Assembly (NCBI GenBank): GCA_963816185.1
Contig: CAWFJJ010000028.1
Location: 160,001-224,000 of the forward strand
DNA: 64,000 bases
Origin: Thermoanaerobaculia bacterium
GTDB taxonomy: Bacteria; Acidobacteriota; Thermoanaerobaculia; UBA5066
Reading direction: 5' to 3'
Positions 52,539 through 63,834 of this stretch are shown here, piece after piece (positions within the stretch are counted from its first letter, which is position 1; each line of letters starts with the position of its first letter). Below the pieces are notes generated by a model. It was not told the origin of the DNA and ran no database searches. It saw only the letters and a list, made by a program, of their open reading frames with translations. Position numbers and translations under genes: made by a program.

Positions 52539-55500
52539 CGCCCTTGGCCCCGTTGACATTGCGCGCGCGCCGCGCCGCCGTTCTCGGCCTCTTCGCCGCG
52601 GCGCTCGTCGCGTTCGCCATCGCGCTCGCCGTACGCCTCGCGCCGGCGGGCGCCGCCGCTCGGGACGCGCGTGCCGCGCTCTTCCTCGGCGGGGCAGAGC
52701 AGGCGCTCGAACGGGACGGCGAGACGCTTCGCCGGACGGCAGAGCGGATTCACGCCGGGCGGGAGTTCGCGGCGATCGCGGACGGGGGCGGCGCGGAAGT
52801 GCGTCCTGCACGCCTCTTCTCGATTCTGGGGGAGTCGCTGCCGAAAGGCGCGGGCTGGGGCGCGGTCTTCTTCGATCGCACGAGCCGCCCCGTCGCGTGG
52901 GCGGGCGAGGCGGCGGGCCTCGAAGCCGAGCGCGGCCCGGCGACGTCGGGGTTCGTCACTTCTTTTCACGTCACGCGCGTGTTCCTCGGCTGGGTGGCGC
53001 CCCGAGGTGAGCGTGGGGCGCGGGGCACCCTCGTCGTCACCCGCCGCTATCCGACGGGAATCCTGCGGCCGGATCTGATCGAGTTCCTCGCGTTGGCAGA
53101 CGGCCCTACGCGCCTCCGGCTGCGCGTGGCGGCCTCCGAGAGACGCGACCGGCTCCTCGCACTCTCCATGGAAACGCCCGACCCCGCCGTCGCCGAAGAG
53201 GAGGTTCAGCGCGCGAGCGCGTTCAGGCCGGCTCTTCTTCTCGCGATTCTCGCAGTGGCCCTCGGGTTCGGGGCCGGGAGCCCCGCGATTGGGATCGTCC
53301 TCGCCCGGTTCGCCCTCCTGCTTGGCACGCCGCTCGGGGCCTCGGGCGTGTTTTCCGCTGGATGGAACCCGGCGCCGCTCCTCGGACTTTTTCGGACTCC
53401 GGCAGACATCTTTCTCACCGGTGTAGCGACTCTGGTTTTCGCGCGCGCGCTCACCGGGAAAGCGCGCCAGCGGGCAGGCACACCGCGCCTGGGGGCCGCC
53501 GCTCTCGCGATCCCTCTCGTTCTCGCGCCCGGGCTTCTCGGGCGCGCCGCCGCTCTCGTCACCCCGGGACTCTTCGACACGATGAGCCTCGTTCCTGCCG
53601 GCCTGCCGGACTTTCTCGCGCAGACGGGCCTTCTCGCGCTCGCCGCTGCGGCGCTCGTGAGCGGGTCCCTTCTCCTGAGGCCTGGCGCGGCGAAGCGGGG
53701 CGCGCGCGCCGCAGCCGCGCTCGGGCTGGGCGCTCTTGCGGCTGCTTTCGCCTTCGCGGGGTCGCCGCTTCATCTCCCTTGCCTCGGGCTCGCGTCCATC
53801 GCGCTCACGTTCGCGCTCGCCGGACGGGTCCGGCCGTCGCCTCAGAGCGACCTCCTGTCCCGGGCCGCGACCGCGGTCTTCGTCCTCGGGGCAGCGACGC
53901 TTCTCTTCGCGGCCGGTCTGGCAGACGGACGCCTCCGGCGCGCGGACGCAGCGACCCTCAGGGCCGAAGGTCAATCTCAAGGAGACAGCGCGGCCATGCG
54001 GGCGGAGGCCGTGCGGCGCTGGGAGCGCCGGGTCGCCTCGCCATCCCTGGAGCCGTGGCTGCCGGCGGGGGAACGCACGCAGCGTGACGACCTTGCCCGC
54101 GCGCTGTGGGCGCGAGGGGCGGACGAGAGCTTCCCCGAGCTCGGTGACACGCTCACGATCCGGAGCCAGCTCGGCGCCACATTGTCGTCATTCGGCGTGA
54201 TCCGGCCCGGGCGCCGGGCGGCGGACTTCGTCTCGCCGGCCGTCGTGCCCGCAGCGTTCTCCGCGGAGTTCCGGCATGTGCCCTGGCTCCGCGAGCTGGA
54301 TCGGGATCCGCTGCTCTCGGCCGTCGCATCTCGCAACATGCCGGACCGCGTCGCCGTCGAGCGGCTGGAATGGGACGCGGCAGGCCGGGCGACGGGATCA
54401 CGGGGGGAGGGCGTGGAGATGTCCGACAGGATTCTGAGCCGAGCCCGCCTCTCGGGGGAGGCTCTCGGGACCGTCCCCACTCCGGACGGGCTGCGTCGCG
54501 TACGTGTCCGTACCGTCGCCTCCGGTTTCATCGGATTCGCGGCCCCCGCCGACTCGCCCCTTGCGGTAACGGGGGCCGCCGTGGCGGCGGGAGAGGCGGC
54601 GCTCGTCCTCCTCGTTCCTCTCCTTTTCACGGGCTCACCGTTCCGCGGTGTCGCGTTCCGTCTCCCCTGGCGGTTCTTCGCGACGTTCCGGGCCCGGCTG
54701 GTCGCGCTCGTCCTCGTCTTCGGCGCCCTTCCTCTGGGCCTCAGCGTCATGTTCGTGAGGATCGCCCTCGAGGGCCACGCTTCCCGGGAGACGGCGCAGC
54801 GTTCGCGCGACGTGGTGTCCGAGGGGCGACGTCTGCTGGAGGCAGACGAGACGGGAGTGGCCCTTTCGCCGGAGGTTGCGCTGAATCGAGCCGCCGCAGT
54901 CATCGGCTGGGACCTTCTCCGCTATCGCGACGGAACGCTCGTCGCCGCGTCGCGTGCGCTCCCCGTCGCAGCGGAGGTGGCGCGCGAAAGGCTCGCCTCT
55001 CCGATCGCGCAGGCGCTCGCCGAAGGGCGGCCTTCAGCGTTTGCCTCGCGCGGCGCCCTCGCGGCCGGAGTGCCGCGCGTGGTCGAGGCCGCCGAGGCCG
55101 TGTCGGCGGACGGGCGCGAGGCGCTTGCGGTCGTCGTCGCCGAGGACGAGGCCGTCCGGTCCGCGGCCGACGCGCTCCTTCTGCTCTCCGTCGCAGTCGC
55201 GCTCGCGGCCGTGGGTCTCGGGGGTCGAGCGGCGCTCACGTTGGGGGGGCCGCTCGAGGAGCTCATCGCCGCCACGGCGAATGTCGGCGAGGGGAGGCCT
55301 TTGCCGCCGCTCGTGCGCCCGGCCAACGTGGATCTCGCGCGCCTCGTCGACGCGTTCACAGAGATGTCGGCACGCGTCGAGGAACGCACGGAATCCCTTG
55401 CCGAGGAGCGCGCCTCCGCCGTCGGTCTTCTCGGAAATCTCACGGCGGCGGTCCTGCTGTTCCGCCGGCGCGATGGAACGGTCCTCCTCGCGAATCCCGC

Positions 55501-56443
55501 GGCGGATCGCCTCCTGCCGGGAGGGACGCTCTCCGAGCGGCTCGCCGACGCCCGGTGGGCGCCGCTTCGCGCGGCTCTCGGAGAAGCGGCGGTGCGCCCG
55601 TCGCCGTACGAGCTGCGCGTGACCATTCCTGGTCCCTCGGGCGAGCGCTTCTTCCGCGTCGCGATCGTGACGCTTCCGGGAGAAGAACGCGCGCCGCGCG
55701 TGATCCTGCTTCTGGAGGACCTCACGGATTTTCTCCGGGCCGACAGGCTCGCGGCGTGGGTCGACGCCGCCCGCTCCATCGCGCACGACATCAAGAACCC
55801 GCTGACGCCGATCCGGCTCGCGGCCGAGCGCCTCGGGCGTTTCGAAGCGAAGCGCGAGACGCCGCCGCGCGGCGCGATCGGAGACGTCGCGGCGGGAATC
55901 CTCCGGCAGGTCGGAATCCTGACCGACCGCATTGGCCGGCTCGGGCGGTTCGGCGACCCCGCGGCTGTTGAGCGGCGCGTGCTCGACCGCGCTGCCGTGG
56001 CTCTGCTCCTCGAAGAAGTCGCCGCCGACTTCCGGACGCACGAAACCCTCGCGATCGAGACCGTGACCGATCCGGACCTCCACGTGTTCGCAGCGGACCC
56101 TTTCCTCGTCCGCGACGCCCTGACGAACTTTCTCGTGAACGCAACCGAGGCGATCGGCGGAGCATACGGTCACGTCCGGCTTTCGGCCGGGAATTCGACT
56201 CTCGCCGCCGGTGCGCCCGCCGTACGCTTCGCGTGTGCCGACGACGGTCCGGGAGTGCCGGAGGATGTCGCGGGGAGGCTATTCGAGCCTACGTTCTCGA
56301 CGAAATCCCGCGGTTCGGGGATGGGCCTCGCGGCCGTGCGGCGGGCCGCCGAGCGCCATGCGGGGAGCGTGTTCGCGCACCCGAGGATGGGCGGCGGGCT
56401 GGTCGTAGGCTTCACACTGCCCGCGTTATCATCCCCACCGTGA
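52535..56443 (+). CDS. Large multi-TM NtrY-like sensor histidine kinase
   Basis: TTG overlaps the hutU stop; many TM helices, HAMP and PAS-like regions, [36 protein letters not shown]. Confidence 0.8.
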   Translation: MTPLAPLTLRARRAAVLGLFAAALVAFAIALAVRLAPAGAAARDARAALFLGGAEQALERDGETLRRTAERIHAGREFAAIADGGGAEVRPARLFSILGESLPKGAGWGAVFFDRTSRPVAWAGEAAGLEAERGPATSGFVTSFHVTRVFLGWVAPRGERGARGTLVVTRRYPTGILRPDLIEFLALADGPTRLRLRVAASERRDRLLALSMETPDPAVAEEEVQRASAFRPALLLAILAVALGFGAGSPAIGIVLARFALLLGTPLGASGVFSAGWNPAPLLGLFRTPADIFLTGVATLVFARALTGKARQRAGTPRLGAAALAIPLVLAPGLLGRAAALVTPGLFDTMSLVPAGLPDFLAQTGLLALAAAALVSGSLLLRPGAAKRGARAAAALGLGALAAAFAFAGSPLHLPCLGLASIALTFALAGRVRPSPQSDLLSRAATAVFVLGAATLLFAAGLADGRLRRADAATLRAEGQSQGDSAAMRAEAVRRWERRVASPSLEPWLPAGERTQRDDLARALWARGADESFPELGDTLTIRSQLGATLSSFGVIRPGRRAADFVSPAVVPAAFSAEFRHVPWLRELDRDPLLSAVASRNMPDRVAVERLEWDAAGRATGSRGEGVEMSDRILSRARLSGEALGTVPTPDGLRRVRVRTVASGFIGFAAPADSPLAVTGAAVAAGEAALVLLVPLLFTGSPFRGVAFRLPWRFFATFRARLVALVLVFGALPLGLSVMFVRIALEGHASRETAQRSRDVVSEGRRLLEADETGVALSPEVALNRAAAVIGWDLLRYRDGTLVAASRALPVAAEVARERLASPIAQALAEGRPSAFASRGALAAGVPRVVEAAEAVSADGREALAVVVAEDEAVRSAADALLLLSVAVALAAVGLGGRAALTLGGPLEELIAATANVGEGRPLPPLVRPANVDLARLVDAFTEMSARVEERTESLAEERASAVGLLGNLTAAVLLFRRRDGTVLLANPAADRLLPGGTLSERLADARWAPLRAALGEAAVRPSPYELRVTIPGPSGERFFRVAIVTLPGEERAPRVILLLEDLTDFLRADRLAAWVDAARSIAHDIKNPLTPIRLAAERLGRFEAKRETPPRGAIGDVAAGILRQVGILTDRIGRLGRFGDPAAVERRVLDRAAVALLLEEVAADFRTHETLAIETVTDPDLHVFAADPFLVRDALTNFLVNATEAIGGAYGHVRLSAGNSTLAAGAPAVRFACADDGPGVPEDVAGRLFEPTFSTKSRGSGMGLAAVRRAAERHAGSVFAHPRMGGGLVVGFTLPALSSPP

Positions 56444-56487
56444 CTCACCCGGCTCCTTGCCGGCGCGGCGCGTCCGCCGCGGGCCGT

Positions 56488-57993
56488 ATGGCTGTCCGGT
56501 CCCTCACCGGAATCCTCACCACCTCGCTCCTTCTCGCGGCCTCGTGCCGGAAGACCCGGAGGGAGGAGCCCGTGCCGGACGTGTCTCCGGCCGCGCCGCG
56601 CGGCGACGCTCTCTTCCTCGCAGAAGCCCCGGCGTTCGTGCCGGACGACGTCGACGCCGAGCTCGGGACGATGCGGATCACCCGCCTCTACGTGCCCGCC
56701 GCGACGCTCTCCCGTGATGGTGCCATCAAGGCCTTGCCGCCGCCTCCCGTACCGCTCAAGCAGCCACTCGTGCTGACCGTTCTCGGAGAGGAGGGCGCGG
56801 CGGAAGCCCTCTCCGGCCGTGGCGGAGCTGCCGGCGAGGAGTGGGCGCGGGCGCTCGTCCCGATCCTCGGGAACGCCAGAAGCTGGGGCCGGGTCGAGGG
56901 CCTGCATTTCCACATCTGGCCTTCACCCGAGCTGGCCAAGGATCTCGGGACCGCGCTCGCTGCCGTGCACAAGGGACTCGGCATCCCCGTCTCCGTCACC
57001 CTTCCACCCACGGGGCAGCCGGAGAGATGGAAGCCGCTCGCAGGCGCGGCCGACGAGGCTCTCGTTCTGGCGTTCGGCCGGCGGCCCGAGCTCGGCGGCC
57101 AGATCGTGAGCGAGTGGCCCGAGGAGCTCGCGCGAGCGCTTCCGCTTCCGTTCCGGCTGCTGATAGCGTTCGGCGGATACGGGCGCACGGGCGACGGAAC
57201 GACCTTCGGCGGGCGGATCCTGCCGGACGGAAAGATCGACGAGTTCTCCAAAGACCGCGCGCTCGACTTCGATTTCGGGCAGGTTTTCTCGGCCGAGCCC
57301 GGCACCGTCTGCATCTTCAAGCCCAGGGCGGGGACGAGGGGCTCGACCCTCGCCGCGGACGGCGGTTACGCGCGCTTCCAGTTTCTGACGATCGCCGAGG
57401 GCCTGCGGTTTCTCGCCGGAGCGGGGAGATGGTCCGTGCCGAATCTCCGGGGACGGGTCTTTCTCGTGGAAGGCGTGCCGAAGGACGGACACCTCGTTGG
57501 CTACCCGGCGGTGCGTGCCCTTCTGACCGGCAAGCCGCTCGAGCCGCGGCTCGCGGTCGAGGCGATTCGCGGCGAATCGGGGCATGGGTACATCGAATTC
57601 GCCGTTCGAGCCACGAACGAGGGCCCTGCGCCGACCGACCTCTCCCATTACGACAATTGGATCCAGATCCGGGTCGAAGGCGGCACCGTGGCCTTCGTGA
57701 AGCCGGGGGACTTCGACCGGTACGAGCAGCTCACCTCCGCGGCCGACGGGTACAGGCCCACGGGCTCGAGCGGGGCGGTCGTCGCCCGGCTGTTCGAGAA
57801 CATCTTCGCGCCGGGCGAAAGGAACCAGTCGGGTCCGATACGAGCGGCCGGAACGCATCCGCACGTCTTCCTGAGCTGGCACCTCACGCTGCCCGACGGG
57901 AAGGTGACGACCGGGCCCGAGATCGAGGCCGTCGTTTCCGCCCCTGCCCCCACGGTTTCTCCGAGACCGAGAGCCCGCGGGCGCCGGCGCTGA
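56488..57993 (+). CDS. Putative lipoprotein of unknown function
   Basis: MAVRSLTGILTTSLLLAASC (lipobox-like), followed by a globular region. Confidence 0.6.
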   Translation: MAVRSLTGILTTSLLLAASCRKTRREEPVPDVSPAAPRGDALFLAEAPAFVPDDVDAELGTMRITRLYVPAATLSRDGAIKALPPPPVPLKQPLVLTVLGEEGAAEALSGRGGAAGEEWARALVPILGNARSWGRVEGLHFHIWPSPELAKDLGTALAAVHKGLGIPVSVTLPPTGQPERWKPLAGAADEALVLAFGRRPELGGQIVSEWPEELARALPLPFRLLIAFGGYGRTGDGTTFGGRILPDGKIDEFSKDRALDFDFGQVFSAEPGTVCIFKPRAGTRGSTLAADGGYARFQFLTIAEGLRFLAGAGRWSVPNLRGRVFLVEGVPKDGHLVGYPAVRALLTGKPLEPRLAVEAIRGESGHGYIEFAVRATNEGPAPTDLSHYDNWIQIRVEGGTVAFVKPGDFDRYEQLTSAADGYRPTGSSGAVVARLFENIFAPGERNQSGPIRAAGTHPHVFLSWHLTLPDGKVTTGPEIEAVVSAPAPTVSPRPRARGRRR

Positions 57994-57995
57994 AC

Positions 57996-58994
57996 CTAGC
58001 CCAGCCAGCCTCGCTCCCGCACCGCCTGCTCGGCGAGCCGCACGGCCAGGAGAGCCCCCGCGCGTCTCAGATGGTCTGCGGCGAGCGTGAGCGCGACGCG
58101 CTGACCCGACGCCTCACACCGGAGAATCAGCGTTTCGTCGCGTCCGGCCGATTCCACGGGACCAGAGAGATCCTCGGGATCGACGACGTCGAACGCGTGC
58201 TTCCGCGCGCGGAAAGCGGCGAGAAGGTCTGTCGCCTCCGGGGCGTCGCCGCGGAGTCGCAGATCGATGCGCAGGAAATGGCCGTGAAAGACGCCGCTCC
58301 GAGCCGACAGAATCGCCGTAGGGATCTGCCGTTCCAGGAGGGAGGCCAGGTCGTCCGCGACGCCCTTTTCGAACGTGCCCGAGTCGGGCGGCACCCAGGA
58401 ATTGAAGGCCCCCTGAGTTTGGAGTACGTCCTTCGGGAGCGGGCGAAAGGTCGCGAGCGCGAGAGCCTGCTGAAAGAGCTCGTCGAGAGCGGCTTTGCCG
58501 AGCTCGCTCACGGGCCGGTCGACGGCGGCGCTGACTTCGGCGACCGGCGCGAGCGTCTCGACGACACGAATCGTCTCGTAAAGGACGAATGCGACCGGAT
58601 GCGGAGTGAGAAAGAGGTCTCCGGACGGCAGCGCTCGCGACTCGCCGGCCTCCGACGGGACGACGAGCGCCTGGCCGAGCCGGACGCCCGAAAGGTCGAT
58701 CGCGAGGGCGTGGTCCTTTCTCGTCGCGAGAAAACGCGTCGTCGTGGAGGCGTTTCCACAAAAGAAGGCGATCCGGCTGGTCTCGAGAGCGTCGGACGTC
58801 AGCGGGGCGACGAAGGCGACTTCGTCGTCGACGGCGGTCAGAAGGCCCGCGTCGGCTTCGGCCTGGTGGAACAAGGACAGGTGCGACGCCGGGAACTTTC
58901 GCTCCGTCAGGACGGCGCGGACGTCGCGGCCGAGGAGCGTTGTCGGCTCCACGAGGGCGACGACGAGGCCGGTTCCGGGCGCCGCCTTCTTCAC
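57996..58994 (-). CDS. Degenerate aspartate-semialdehyde dehydrogenase-like (Usg-like) protein
   Basis: IAFFCG, AIDLSG, PVSELGKAALDEL..Q, GVFHGH, ADHLRRAGA. The Gly-rich loop and catalytic NC motif are missing. Confidence 0.75.
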   Translation of the reverse strand: MKKAAPGTGLVVALVEPTTLLGRDVRAVLTERKFPASHLSLFHQAEADAGLLTAVDDEVAFVAPLTSDALETSRIAFFCGNASTTTRFLATRKDHALAIDLSGVRLGQALVVPSEAGESRALPSGDLFLTPHPVAFVLYETIRVVETLAPVAEVSAAVDRPVSELGKAALDELFQQALALATFRPLPKDVLQTQGAFNSWVPPDSGTFEKGVADDLASLLERQIPTAILSARSGVFHGHFLRIDLRLRGDAPEATDLLAAFRARKHAFDVVDPEDLSGPVESAGRDETLILRCEASGQRVALTLAADHLRRAGALLAVRLAEQAVRERGWLG

Positions 58995-59743
58995 GCGGTC
59001 GCGTCTTTCGGGCGCCCGCGTAGGAACCCGGCGAGCCGCGCGAGGGGCGCCGACGCGGCGTACGTCACGAGCAGACCCGCCAGCGCGTACTCGCGGAACG
59101 ACCAGATGAGGCCGAGGGCGGCCGCAAAGAGGAGGAAGTAGAGCCGCCCGCGGCGGGACTTCGTGTCGAGATCCTTGAACGACCGGTAGCGGAACGTCGA
59201 GACCATGAGAAACGCGAGGACGGCGGTGACGCCGAGGAAGACGACCCGGAGCGTGTCCGTGAGCGCAGCGGCAGGCACGGCCCAGATCAGCCCGCAGAGT
59301 GCGCCGGCCGCCGACGGGATCGGCAGTCCGACGAACCAGCGCTTGTCCACGACGTGGATCTGCACGTTGAACCGGGCGAGGCGCGACGCCCCGCAGACGA
59401 CGAAGAGGAACGAGACGACGAGCCCCGCGCGGCTGAAGCCCGTGAGCCCCCAGCGATAGACGAGGAAGGCGGGTGCGACGCCGAAGCTCACGATGTCCGC
59501 GAGGGAGTCGAGCTGCTCGCCAAACGCCGAGGTCGTCCCCGTCCAGCGGGCGACTCGTCCGTCCAGCGCGTCCAGGAAGGCCGCGAGAAAAACGAGCTTC
59601 GCGGCGTACTCGAATTCCCCCTGCGTAGCGGCGTCGAGCGAAAGGTACCCGCAGAGGATGTTGCCCGCCGTGAAGAGAGCGGGCAGCGCATAAATCCCCC
59701 GGCGCACCCCGCGCCGCGGGGCGGACGAAGGCGAATCGGTCAA
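58991..59743 (-). CDS. pssA: CDP-diacylglycerol--serine O-phosphatidyltransferase
   Basis: DALDGRVAR..G..S.FG.QLDSLAD, RLARFN, FVGLPIP. Confidence 0.92.
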   Translation of the reverse strand: MTDSPSSAPRRGVRRGIYALPALFTAGNILCGYLSLDAATQGEFEYAAKLVFLAAFLDALDGRVARWTGTTSAFGEQLDSLADIVSFGVAPAFLVYRWGLTGFSRAGLVVSFLFVVCGASRLARFNVQIHVVDKRWFVGLPIPSAAGALCGLIWAVPAAALTDTLRVVFLGVTAVLAFLMVSTFRYRSFKDLDTKSRRGRLYFLLFAAALGLIWSFREYALAGLLVTYAASAPLARLAGFLRGRPKDATA

Positions 59744-59750
59744 AGGGTGC

Positions 59751-59987
59751 CTAGTGCGCCGAGACGCGTGCGCGATGCTCGCGCACGATCTCTTCCATCC
59801 GGTCTTTCAGATGCAGTTTGTGTTTCTTCAGGCGCTTCTCCTCGATCTCTTCGTCGGTGGAGAGGAAAGTCTTCGAGGCGAGCTCGGCGAGCCGCTTCTC
59901 GTGATCGTGGTGGTCACGCAGAAGAGAGCGAAATTCCTCGTTCTGGCTCTCGAGCTCGTGCTTGAACTCTTCCGTGATGGTCTGCAT
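59751..59987 (-). CDS. DUF465/YdcH-family coiled-coil protein
   Basis: RBS gaggagg; EFRSL...H...RLKKHKLHLKDRM. Confidence 0.8.
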   Translation of the reverse strand: MQTITEEFKHELESQNEEFRSLLRDHHDHEKRLAELASKTFLSTDEEIEEKRLKKHKLHLKDRMEEIVREHRARVSAH

Positions 59988-60011
59988 CGACACCTCCTCG
60001 GGTGAAATGGA

Positions 60012-60518
60012 TCAGCGTCCGGAGTCTCCCTTCATGGCCGGGGGGCCGTCAAGGCGGTGCGGCCCCGGAAGCTTCCGGACCATGACCAGAGCGTCCTCTC
60101 CGTCGAAGTAATAGCGCGCCCTGCGTCCGGCCTCGGAGAACCCGAGGCCCGCGTAAAACGTCTGGGCTCGCTGGTTCGAGACGCGCACCTCGAGGTACAT
60201 CTCCTCGGCGTCGACCCGCGCGGCGAACGTGAAGACCTCGTCCATGAGCGCAGAAGCGACGCCCTGGCGGCGAAAGGCAGGCGCGACGGCGATCTTGTTC
60301 ACGTGAACTTCGCCTCCCGCGAAGGCGCAGAAGACATAGCCGGCGAGCGTGCCGCCGCAGAGGGCCACGCGGTTGAAGCGCCAGGGGGCCCCGACCTCCA
60401 CCTCGAAGTATTCGCGCTTCCAAGGGACGGGGAACGAGAGACGCTCGAGGTCGGCGATCCCGTCGAGGTCGAAGTGGCGCGCGTCCCGCAGCGTCAGGGG
60501 CTCGGGGAGGGCGCTCAC
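60012..60518 (-). CDS. rimI: RimI-type N-acetyltransferase
   Basis: LERLSFPVPW, IAVAPAFRRQGVA, LEVRVSN..A..FY, YY..GEDALVM. Confidence 0.9.
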   Translation of the reverse strand: MSALPEPLTLRDARHFDLDGIADLERLSFPVPWKREYFEVEVGAPWRFNRVALCGGTLAGYVFCAFAGGEVHVNKIAVAPAFRRQGVASALMDEVFTFAARVDAEEMYLEVRVSNQRAQTFYAGLGFSEAGRRARYYFDGEDALVMVRKLPGPHRLDGPPAMKGDSGR

Positions 60519-61117
60519 CTGAGATCCGATGCCTCCAGGCGGGTCCGCTTCTCCTCGGCGGCGCTCGGCCTTCCGTAAACCACGCCGTGCGAGCCGGTCC
60601 CGCTCCGTGCGGCGATTCGTCCGGCGGCGGCGGCGAGCGGGAGGTCTTCCGCCCCGAGATCCACGACCGAGCGTCCTCCGGCGGAGGCGGCGGCCTCGAC
60701 CTCGAGCCTCGGACGCGGCGGCATCGCCTCTACGGCGCGGCCCGCCTTCCGCAGCGCCGCGTGCACGTCACCCCGGCCGGCGTCGAGGACGAAGACGGCG
60801 TCCGCGGGCTCGGGCTTTGCCTCTTGGGCTGCCGCGAAAGTGGGCACGAGGACGAGGGGAATGTCGCGCCCCCGCGCGAGCCCGCGCGCGAATGCAAGCC
60901 CCGCGCGCAGCCCCGTGAATGAGCCCGGGCCGGACACGACCGCAATGCACGTGAGATCGTGAACGGTTTGACCGGCCTCGGCGAGAAGGGTCCCGAGCGC
61001 GATCGGAAGGCTTTCGGCGGCATTCGGGGGAAGGGGCTTGGTCTTTTCGGGGCCGTCACCGCCTCCGATTGCCAGAGACGGGAAGGGCGAGGCCGTGTCG
61101 AGCGAAAGGATGAGCAT
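60515..61117 (-). CDS. tsaB: tRNA t6A biosynthesis protein TsaB
   Basis: ILSLDTA, GPGSFTGLRAG, LDAGRG. Confidence 0.9.
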   Translation of the reverse strand: MLILSLDTASPFPSLAIGGGDGPEKTKPLPPNAAESLPIALGTLLAEAGQTVHDLTCIAVVSGPGSFTGLRAGLAFARGLARGRDIPLVLVPTFAAAQEAKPEPADAVFVLDAGRGDVHAALRKAGRAVEAMPPRPRLEVEAAASAGGRSVVDLGAEDLPLAAAAGRIAARSGTGSHGVVYGRPSAAEEKRTRLEASDLR

Positions 61118-61155
61118 CCGCCGCCTCCCCGCGATGCTAGCATCCCCGCCTCCAC

Positions 61156-63784
61156 ATGCGCGCGACGCCCATGCTCGAGCAGTACTGGGCTCTCAAGCGG
61201 GAGGCGGGAGACGCCCTCCTGCTTTACCGCCTCGGCGACTTCTATGAGATGTTCTTCGAGGACGCCGTGTATGCGGCGCCTCTCCTCGGCCTCGTCCTGA
61301 CCGCACGCCACAAGGACAGCGACGTCGAGGCGCCGATGTGCGGCATCCCGCAGCACGCGCTCGAGCCTTACCTCGCCCGGCTGGTGGCCGCCGGAAGGAA
61401 AGTCGCGATCAGCGAGCAGACGGAGGCGCCCGCGAAGGGACGGACGCTCGTGGCGCGCAAGATCGTCCGGGTCGTGACCCCCGGCACGATCGTCGATCCG
61501 GAGCGCCTCGACGCGCGGCGGCCGAACGAGATGGCCTCCGTGACCTGGAACGGCGATGGCGCGGCCGTGTCCACGCTCGACCTCTCCACAGGCGACTTCG
61601 CGGTCGTGAACCTGCCCGATCGGGCGGCCCTCACGGAGTGGCTGTCACGCCGCGTGCCCCGGGAGCTCGTCGTGTTCCCGTCCGACCGGGCCGCCGGCGA
61701 GTCGCTCGCGTCGTCCATCGCGGCATCCGGAGCCGAGGCGCCCGCCCTCACGGCCCTGAGGGACGAGTCGCCGCGCGGGACCGGGGCGGTGGACCTCCTG
61801 AAGCGCCACTTCCGCACCGCCACGCTCGAGCCGTTCGGCCTGACGGGCGCGGGCTCGGCCGCCGACGCGGCGGCGGCGCTGCTCTCGTATGCGCGGGCCA
61901 CGCAGCGCGCGGACTGCGACCACGTCCGGTCGCTGCGCTGCGAGGCGCCCGACGACGGGCTCGTCGTCGACGCCGTGACCGCCGGCCACCTCGAGCTTTT
62001 CCGCTCGGCGCGCGACGGCGGCCCGAAGGGGAACTCTGTTCTCACTCCTCGATCGCGCAGGCACGTCCTTCGGCGCGCGCACTCTCCGGCGGCTCCTGGA
62101 AAGGCCGCTCGGCCGGCGCGCGGGCATCGAAGCGCGTCTCGATGGCGTCGAGGAGCTCCAGGAGGACGCGGCTCGCCTCGAGAGCCTCGCCTCGGCGTTC
62201 CGCGAGATTCCCGATCTCCCGCGCCTGCTCGCGCGCCTCGCCGTCGGCGCGGGTTCGCCGCGCGACCTGGCGGCGCTCGGCGACGGCCTCGTGCGCGCGA
62301 GCCGTGTCGGCGCGCACCTCGGCGCGGCGCGCGCGTCGATCCTCGCGTCCGGGGGTGATGCGTCGGCGGAGGGTGTGCCGTTCGCGCTGGGAGAGTCGAT
62401 CGCGAGGCGAGTCGTGTCCGAGCCGCCGCCCCACGCACGAGACGGCGGAATCTTTCGCGAGGGCGTGGATGCCGCCGTGGACGAGGTGCGTGCCCTGCGT
62501 CGCGAGGGCGCGTCGATTCTCGGGCGGATCGAAGGCGCGGAGCGTACGGCGCGCGGCATCCCAAGCCTCCGTGTCAAATTCAACCAGGTCTTCGGCCACG
62601 TCTTCGAGGTGCCCGCCTCGGCGCGGGCGCGCGTTCCCGAAGGAGCGCTCAAGCGGCAGACGCTCGCCAACGTGGAGCGTTACGCGACGCCCGAGCTCGT
62701 CGAGGCGGACGAAAGACTGCGCTCCGCAGACGCGCGCCTCGCGGCCCGCGAGGAGGAGCTCTTTCTCGCGCTCGTCGCGGAAGTCGTCGCCGAATCGTCG
62801 CGCATCCTCGGAGCGTGCGCGCGCCTCGGCCTCCTCGACGCCCTCGTCTCCCTCGCGCGCACGGCGCGGGCCGGCGGCTGGGTGCGGCCTCGCGTCGTGG
62901 ACGAGCCCATGCTCCTCGTCGAGGGCGGCCGCCATCCGGTCGTGGAAGCGCTGCGTCCGCGCGAGCCTTTCGTTCCGAACGACACGGCGCTCGGGGGCGA
63001 CGGGGAGCATCTCGTCGTCCTCACGGGCCCGAACATGGGCGGCAAGTCGACGTACCTGAGGCAGAACGCGCTGATCGTCCTCCTCGCGCACGCGGGCTCC
63101 TTCGTGCCCGCGGTTTCGGCCACGGTCGGCCTCACGGACCGCATCTTCACGCGCGTCGGCGCATCGGATTCGCTCGTCAAGGGCGAATCGACGTTTCTCG
63201 TGGAGATGGCCGAGACCGCGCACATCCTGAGGCACGCGACCGCGCACAGCCTCGTCATCCTCGACGAGATCGGGCGCGGCACTTCGACGTTCGACGGGCT
63301 CTCGCTCGCGTGGGCGATCGCGGAGCACCTTCACGATCAGGGAATCCGGCGCGTGCTCTTCGCGACGCACTACCACGAGCTGACGGAGATGGCGCTCGTG
63401 AAGCCGGACGTGAAGAACCGCACGATGACCGCGAGAGAATGGAACGGCGAAGTCGTCTTCCTGCGCAAGGTCGCCGACGGCACGGCCGACCGCTCGTACG
63501 GCGTCCAGGTGGCGCGCCTGGCGGGCATCCCGGAAGGCGTGCTCTCGAGGGCGCGCGAGATCCTCGGCAATCTCGAGCGCCAGCAGATGGACGTCGGCGG
63601 GCGGCCCCGGCTCGCCGAGCACGCGGGCGAGCCGCCGCCGAAGAACGCGCAGCTCGACCTCTTCCGCGGCCAGGGTGAGCTCGTCCTCGACGCGCTCGGT
63701 CGCGTCGACGTCGACCATCTGACCCCTCTCGCCGCCCTCCAGCTCCTCGCCTCGCTGCAGCATCGGTTGAGGGGGGAGGAATGA
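61156..63784 (+). CDS. mutS: DNA mismatch repair protein MutS, frameshifted at the G4 run 62028-62031
   Basis: TPMLEQY, GDFYEMF, PMCGIP, VTPGT. Removing one G restores PKGTLFSLLDRAGTSFGARTLRR into the frame with TGPNMGGKST, STFLVEM, DEIGRGT, ATHYHEL, SYG. Confidence 0.92.
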
Positions 63785-63834
63785 AGAAAGAAAGAATATT
63801 TTGCTTCGGAAAAGAAAAGAAAAGAACGGATTTT

